64,000 nt of DNA, taken from the NCBI GenBank assembly GCA_052168235.1, contig JBQLZK010000006.1, positions 96,001 through 160,000 on the forward strand. The letters run 5' to 3'. The position numbers and the translations under genes were made by a program. Of the stretch, positions 59,062-64,000 are shown one piece after another. Position 1 is the first letter of the stretch. The number at the start of each line of letters is the position of its first letter. This DNA comes from Thainema sp. (GTDB taxonomy: Bacteria > Cyanobacteriota > Cyanobacteriia > Phormidesmidales > Phormidesmidaceae). Under the pieces are notes generated by a model, which was not told the origin of the DNA, ran no database searches, and saw nothing but the letters and a program-made list of their open reading frames with translations.

Positions 59062-59952
59062 GTGAGATCGTTGATTCATCAACTACTGCGACGGCTGGCT
59101 CTGCCGCCAACCGGACTCGTTTTACTGTCGATTGCCTCTACTCAGATTGGATCTGCGATCGCAAAATCGCTGCTCGACCAGATTACACCTGCGGGCATGG
59201 TGCTGCTGCGGGTGGGCTTTGCGGCGGGGCTGCTGTTGCTTTTGTGGCGGCCATCTGTGCGGCAGACATTACGCGCTAGAGGTTGGCTGGTCTTGTTCTT
59301 TGGTGCATCCCTGGCGCTGATGAACCTGAGCTTTTATGAAGCGATTGCCCGGATTCCGATCGGCATTGGCGTAGCGCTGGAGTTTATCGGGCCGTTAGGA
59401 GTTGCCGTTTGCAATTCTCGTAAACCGCTCGATGTGCTGTGGGTGGTGCTGGCAGGTTTAGGCATTCTACTCGTCACGCCGATTGGCGGTTTCAATCTGG
59501 ATCTGGTCGGCATTGGCTTTGCTTTACTCGCCGGAGCCTTTTGGGCCGCCTATATTATCCTCTCGGCTCGTACGGGGAAAGCTTTACCCGGTGGTGGCGG
59601 ACTTGCGATCGCAATGACCCTCGGCACGCTGATCTTGCTGCCGATTGGCGGCAGCGCAGTCTATCAAACTCTCGATCAACCATACCTGCTACTGCTGGGC
59701 TTCGGCGTCGCTATGCTTTCCTCGGCGATTCCCTACTCCCTGGAACTGGAAGCGCTGCGAACTCTGCCCGTGCGCGTGTTCGGCATTCTGCTCAGCCTAG
59801 AACCGATGATGGCTGCGATCGCAGGCTTTGTCATCCTGGGCGAAACGCTCAACTTCCGCTCCGGCATCGCAATTGTGCTGGTCACAGTAGCCGCCGCTGG
59901 CTCTTCACGCTTTAGCGATCGCAAATTGCCACATCAAGAGCGTGAAGCGTGA
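59062..59952 (+). CDS. EamA family transporter, RhtA-like
   Basis: STQIGSAIAK, MNLSFYEAIARIPIG..VALEFIGPL, SSAIPYSLE, LSLEP. Confidence 0.9.
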   Translation: MRSLIHQLLRRLALPPTGLVLLSIASTQIGSAIAKSLLDQITPAGMVLLRVGFAAGLLLLLWRPSVRQTLRARGWLVLFFGASLALMNLSFYEAIARIPIGIGVALEFIGPLGVAVCNSRKPLDVLWVVLAGLGILLVTPIGGFNLDLVGIGFALLAGAFWAAYIILSARTGKALPGGGGLAIAMTLGTLILLPIGGSAVYQTLDQPYLLLLGFGVAMLSSAIPYSLELEALRTLPVRVFGILLSLEPMMAAIAGFVILGETLNFRSGIAIVLVTVAAAGSSRFSDRKLPHQEREA

Positions 59953-59958
59953 GTCGCA

Positions 59959-60075
59959 AAGGCTGTAAAGACCCAACACCTAAAACCTAAAACCTAAAAC
60001 CCAACACCTAATACCCAGAACCCAATACCTCATACTCAGTTCCCAGATCTCAGTCCCCAACACCTATCCCCCACC
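59959..60075 (+). repeat. AAGGCTGTAAAG core followed by long heptamer STRR array
   Basis: AAGGCTGTAAAGACCC AACACCT AAAACCT AAAACCT AAAACCC AACACCT AATACCC AGAACCC AATACCT CATACTC AGTTCCC AGATCTC AGTCCCC AACACCT. Confidence 0.85.
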
Positions 60076-60264
60076 ATTTCGCATCTCTTCTCGTCCAACG
60101 TAATCCAGCAAATAACCCTCCCAAATTGCTATGCTTAATAAGCTTCTATTAAAGATATTGATTAGCTTTCGTTAAAAATTATTTTTGCCTTATTTGCTTC
60201 AAATATCTGTAGCTGCGATCGCACCGCTTCAACCTTGAAACTTGGGTCTTAATAGGTCTAAAAC

Positions 60265-63200
60265 ATGACAATTCATCGACGGACTCTCCTCGTCATCGCT
60301 GACTCAGATGAAGGTGATCGGGCCTATCGGCAGCAGTTACAGCAGGATGAGAGCGTTGCGTACCGAATTTTATCCGCACGAGTAATTAATTCAGCCTTAT
60401 CGCTATCCTCGTCGCAACACGTTGATGGCATCCTACTGGGATTTCATCAACCCTGTGCCGATAGCGTTCGGCTGCTGCGCCAACTGAAGGAACAGATGGG
60501 CGATCGCTGTCCACCCATCGTCGTGATTGACGGTGACGATGCGGCCAGAGCGGTGCAGGTACTTAAGAATGGGGCTGCGGACTATCTGGTAAACAACCGC
60601 ATGACGCCGGAGGATTTGCGTCTGGCCATGCGCAGTGCCATTGAGAATGCCAAGCTGCGGCAGCAACTCCAGCACAGCCAGGAGCAGTTTCAAACGTCGG
60701 TTGAGAATATGCTGGACTGCTTTGGCATCTTTTCAGCTATTCGGGATGACGCGGGACAGATTGTCGATTTTCGGATTGATTACCTCAACGAGGCCGCCTG
60801 TGAAAACAACCGGATGACCCGAGACATGCAGGTTGGTCGAAGATTATGTGAGGTAATGCCTGTCCATTGTCGCATGGGGCTGTTTGATGACTATTGCCAA
60901 GTGGTTGAAACGGCAAAACCGTTAATTAAAGATTCATTAATCTACGAAGAGACCTGTGATGAACAGCAGCTTCTGCGAGCCTTTGATATTCGAGTCAGCA
61001 AGCTGAACGATGGCTTTGTCGCGTCGTGGCGAGATATGACGGAGCGCAAGCAGTTGGAGATGGAATTGAGCAACACCATCGCCAATTTGCAGAGTCAAGA
61101 AGCCGCCATTCAGCAGTTGAACCGAGATTTAATCAATCGTGTAGCTGAGCTGCAAAGCCTGTTAGATATTCTTCCCGTCGGCATTGCGATCTCAAATGAT
61201 CCAACCTGTGCTCGCATGCATCACAATGCTTATCTGCGGCAACTGCTGGGCGTTCCGCCTGGCAACAATATTTCCAAGAGTGCTCCCGCTGATGAGCAGC
61301 CTGCTTTCCGGGTGCTCCAGAATGGGCAGGAAATGCCAGTCGATACGCTGCCCATGCAGCGGGCTGTCAAGCAGGGCATGGATGTGCGCGATGAGGAGTT
61401 TGATATTGTTTTGCCGGACGGGACGGTCCATCAGTTGTTGTCCTATGCGACGCCGCTGCGAGATGACCAGGATCAGATTCGAGGCGTGGTCGGAGCCTTT
61501 TTGGATATCACCCAGCGCAACCAGGATGCAGCCGCGCTGAAGGAGAGTCAACAGCGCTACCGCGAGCTGGCCGAAGCGATGCCCCAGATGATTTGGACAG
61601 CGGACGCCATGGGAGTGATCAACTACCGCAATCAGCGCTGGTATGAATACACAGGGTTTAGTGAAGCCGAGTCGATTGGCGTCGCCAGAGCCAATGCGGT
61701 TCATCCTGAGGATCGCGATCGCGCGTTGACTGAATGGAGGATTGCGATCGCAACGGGCGAAACCTTTGAAACAGAGTGTCGCTTTCGCCGCTGGGACGGG
61801 GAGTATCAGTGGTTTATCTGTCGCGCTGTGCCGACGCGCGATGGTCATAACCAGATCACAGGTTGGATCGGCACGATTACCAATATTGACGACATCAAGC
61901 GCAGCAAAGCGCTGGTACAGCGGCAGTTAGCCGAGATTGAAGCCATTTATGAGACGGCTCCCATTGGTCTGAACATCTTGGATACCGATCTGCGTTTCGT
62001 GCGGATCAATCAGCGACTCGCCGATATTAACGGCTTGCCGATTGAGGCGCATCTTGGGCGGAGCGTTTGGGAACTGTTTCCCGATTTGGCGAATACGCTT
62101 GAAAATCTGCTGCAACCTGTTCTGGCAACGGGGAAACCGTTGCTGAACGTTGAAATCCACGGTGAACTCCCAGCCCAGCCGGGCGTACAGCGCACCTGGC
62201 TCGAACACTTCTTCCCCTTAAAATCGGGCAATCAGGTGATTGGCATCAGCACTGTTTGTGAAGAAATCACCGAACGCATTCAGGTCGAAGCAGCGCTCCG
62301 CCAGAGTGAACAGCGCTTTCGCAACATGGCAGACAATGCGCCCGCGATGATTTGGGTGACGGACGATACGGGCTACTGCACCTATCTCAACCAGGGCTGG
62401 TACGACTTCACGGGACAGACGGAAGAGACGGGGCTAGGATTTGGCTGGCTGAGGGTCGTGCATCCAGAAGACAGCGAACGCTCCAAGGATGTGTTTTTAC
62501 AGGCTAACAAGCAGCACCAGGCGTTTCGGTTAGAGTATCGCTTACGCCGTAGGGATGGAACATACTGCTGGGCAATTGATGCAGCTAACCCTTGCTTTAG
62601 TGAGGATGGCGAGTTTAAGGGGTACATCGGCTCGGTAATTGACATTAGCGATCGCAAACAAGCCGAGGAAGCCTTGCGGATTTCCGAAGAGCGCTATCGC
62701 ACCCTGTTTGAGAACATGAATGAAGGCTTTTGCCTGGCTGAAGTGCTGTTTGACGCAGACAATCAACCAATTGATTACCGCCTGTTGGAAACCAACTCCG
62801 TATTTGAAAAGCACTCTGGTTTGAAAGATGCCCAGGGCAAAACCGCCCGCGAGTTGCACCCCGAACTGGAACAGGATTGGATTGACCTCTATGGCAACGT
62901 TGTCCTGACCGGTGAACCTGCCCGGTATGAAAACTACTCTGAAGCGTTAGGTCGATGGTTTGATGTGTCTGCCTTCCGCATTGGACAACCCGAAAGCCGA
63001 AAAGTTGCCATTTTATTTGAGGATATTAGTCAGCGGAAACAAACCGAAGTCGCCTTACAAGTCAGTGAAGAGCGCTATCGATCGCTGGTCGAAGCCACCG
63101 CTCACATCATCTGGAATGAGCTAGGTGATCGCGGCGAGTTTATGAGCCCGCAACCCGCTTGGAGTGCCTTCACCGGGCAAACGTTTGATGAATTAAAAGG

Positions 63201-64000
63201 CTGGGGCTGGCTCAATGCGGTGCATCCCGACGATCGCGCCCCAACCACTCAAGCCTGGTTAATTGCCTTAGAAAATCGTGCCCTGTATGAATTTGAGCAT
63301 CGCGTGCGGCGGCACGATGGGGTGTATCGCCACATGGCGGTGCGAGCCGTGCCCGTGTTTGAGGACAATGGCGCGATTCGAGAATGGGTTGGTGTTCATA
63401 GCGATGTGACCGATCGCAAACAAGCCGAAACCGCTTTGCGTCAGAGTGAAGACCGTCTCCGCATGGCGATCGAGTCTGCCCAGCTCGGCACCTGGGACTG
63501 GAATCTGGTTACCGACAAACTCACCTGGGATGCGGGGTGCAACGCGATGTTCGGGTTGCCAACCGAGGCAGAGATTAGCATTGAGGTCTTTTTTGAGGGA
63601 CTGCATCCCGACGATCGTGAACGCTTAAAACAGGTGATGCAGTGGTCTTTCAACCCAGCCAGCGGCGGCAGCTGCGACACAGAGTATCGAACGATCGGCA
63701 TTCAGGATGGGATTGAACGCTGGATTGCCGCCAAAGGACAAGCCTATTTTGATGCGGAAGGGAAACCGCTGCGGTTCATTGGCACGGTAATGGATATCAC
63801 CGACCAAAAATGCGCGGAGGCCAAGCGCGAGAAGCTGCTACAGCTTGAGCAAGCCGCCCGCACCGAAGCTGAACGAGCCAACCGCATCAAAGATGAATTT
63901 CTGGCCGTGCTGTCTCACGAGTTGCGATCGCCCCTGAACCCGATCCTGGGTTGGGCCAGACTGCTGCAAATGCGTCGGTTTGATGAAGCCAAAACGGCTG
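60265..64000 (+). CDS. Multi-PAS sensor histidine kinase with N-terminal receiver-like domain (partial, runs off window)
   Basis: Hand-read from ATG 60265 (MTIHRRTLLVIADS); GAADYL receiver motif; about eight PAS/PAC modules; KDEFLAVLSHELRSPL H-box at ~63890 in the same frame. Absent from the ORF track, consistent with no stop in the window. Confidence 0.9.
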   Translation, partial: MTIHRRTLLVIADSDEGDRAYRQQLQQDESVAYRILSARVINSALSLSSSQHVDGILLGFHQPCADSVRLLRQLKEQMGDRCPPIVVIDGDDAARAVQVLKNGAADYLVNNRMTPEDLRLAMRSAIENAKLRQQLQHSQEQFQTSVENMLDCFGIFSAIRDDAGQIVDFRIDYLNEAACENNRMTRDMQVGRRLCEVMPVHCRMGLFDDYCQVVETAKPLIKDSLIYEETCDEQQLLRAFDIRVSKLNDGFVASWRDMTERKQLEMELSNTIANLQSQEAAIQQLNRDLINRVAELQSLLDILPVGIAISNDPTCARMHHNAYLRQLLGVPPGNNISKSAPADEQPAFRVLQNGQEMPVDTLPMQRAVKQGMDVRDEEFDIVLPDGTVHQLLSYATPLRDDQDQIRGVVGAFLDITQRNQDAAALKESQQRYRELAEAMPQMIWTADAMGVINYRNQRWYEYTGFSEAESIGVARANAVHPEDRDRALTEWRIAIATGETFETECRFRRWDGEYQWFICRAVPTRDGHNQITGWIGTITNIDDIKRSKALVQRQLAEIEAIYETAPIGLNILDTDLRFVRINQRLADINGLPIEAHLGRSVWELFPDLANTLENLLQPVLATGKPLLNVEIHGELPAQPGVQRTWLEHFFPLKSGNQVIGISTVCEEITERIQVEAALRQSEQRFRNMADNAPAMIWVTDDTGYCTYLNQGWYDFTGQTEETGLGFGWLRVVHPEDSERSKDVFLQANKQHQAFRLEYRLRRRDGTYCWAIDAANPCFSEDGEFKGYIGSVIDISDRKQAEEALRISEERYRTLFENMNEGFCLAEVLFDADNQPIDYRLLETNSVFEKHSGLKDAQGKTARELHPELEQDWIDLYGNVVLTGEPARYENYSEALGRWFDVSAFRIGQPESRKVAILFEDISQRKQTEVALQVSEERYRSLVEATAHIIWNELGDRGEFMSPQPAWSAFTGQTFDELKGWGWLNAVHPDDRAPTTQAWLIALENRALYEFEHRVRRHDGVYRHMAVRAVPVFEDNGAIREWVGVHSDVTDRKQAETALRQSEDRLRMAIESAQLGTWDWNLVTDKLTWDAGCNAMFGLPTEAEISIEVFFEGLHPDDRERLKQVMQWSFNPASGGSCDTEYRTIGIQDGIERWIAAKGQAYFDAEGKPLRFIGTVMDITDQKCAEAKREKLLQLEQAARTEAERANRIKDEFLAVLSHELRSPLNPILGWARLLQMRRFDEAKTA

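Noticed and set aside
60433..63807. Many short ORFs listed in the track
   Set aside because: All overlap the long + strand kinase frame starting at 60265.
1..64000. tRNA, rRNA or transposase genes
   Set aside because: No cloverleaf/T-loop, rRNA-like stretch, or DDE/HUH transposase ORF recognised by eye.

Overview
A 64 kb stretch of ordinary cyanobacterial chromosome: psbZ, psbM, psbB and psbT, a dense HIP1 octamer (GCGATCGC), and heptamer STRR arrays suggestive of a filamentous Leptolyngbya/Oscillatoria-like strain (inference). It carries about 55 mostly housekeeping genes covering photosystem II, carbon metabolism (fbaB, pyk, galE, glcF), potADBC, recJ, nrdR, mrdA, cobU, exbB/exbD, three histidine kinases, an orphan DNA methyltransferase and a repeat-bearing GH24 lysozyme. 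I saw no tRNA, rRNA, CRISPR array, transposase or prophage. psbM, psbT and the 3.7 kb multi-PAS kinase running off the right end are missing from the ORF track and were read by hand. Most interesting: (1) a minimal ethylene-receptor-like kinase with a natural Asp25->Asn change; (2) a GAF-GAF kinase broken by one in-frame TGA sitting in a mutated HIP1 site; (3) many TA-ended, roughly 55-110 bp palindromic MITE-like elements plus GTAG-type REPs in the intergenic spaces; (4) a conserved AAGGCTGTAAAG core abutting heptamer arrays at three loci; (5) a 500 bp repeat mosaic with a 37/41 bp tandem triplet; (6) a Yfr1 sRNA seed match over the porin RBS; (7) strong extension of HIP1 to TGCGATCGCA; (8) an orphan endolysin-like enzyme behind a YbjQ pair. 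I cannot establish an entirely new system from sequence alone. All family calls come from motif recognition, not database searches.
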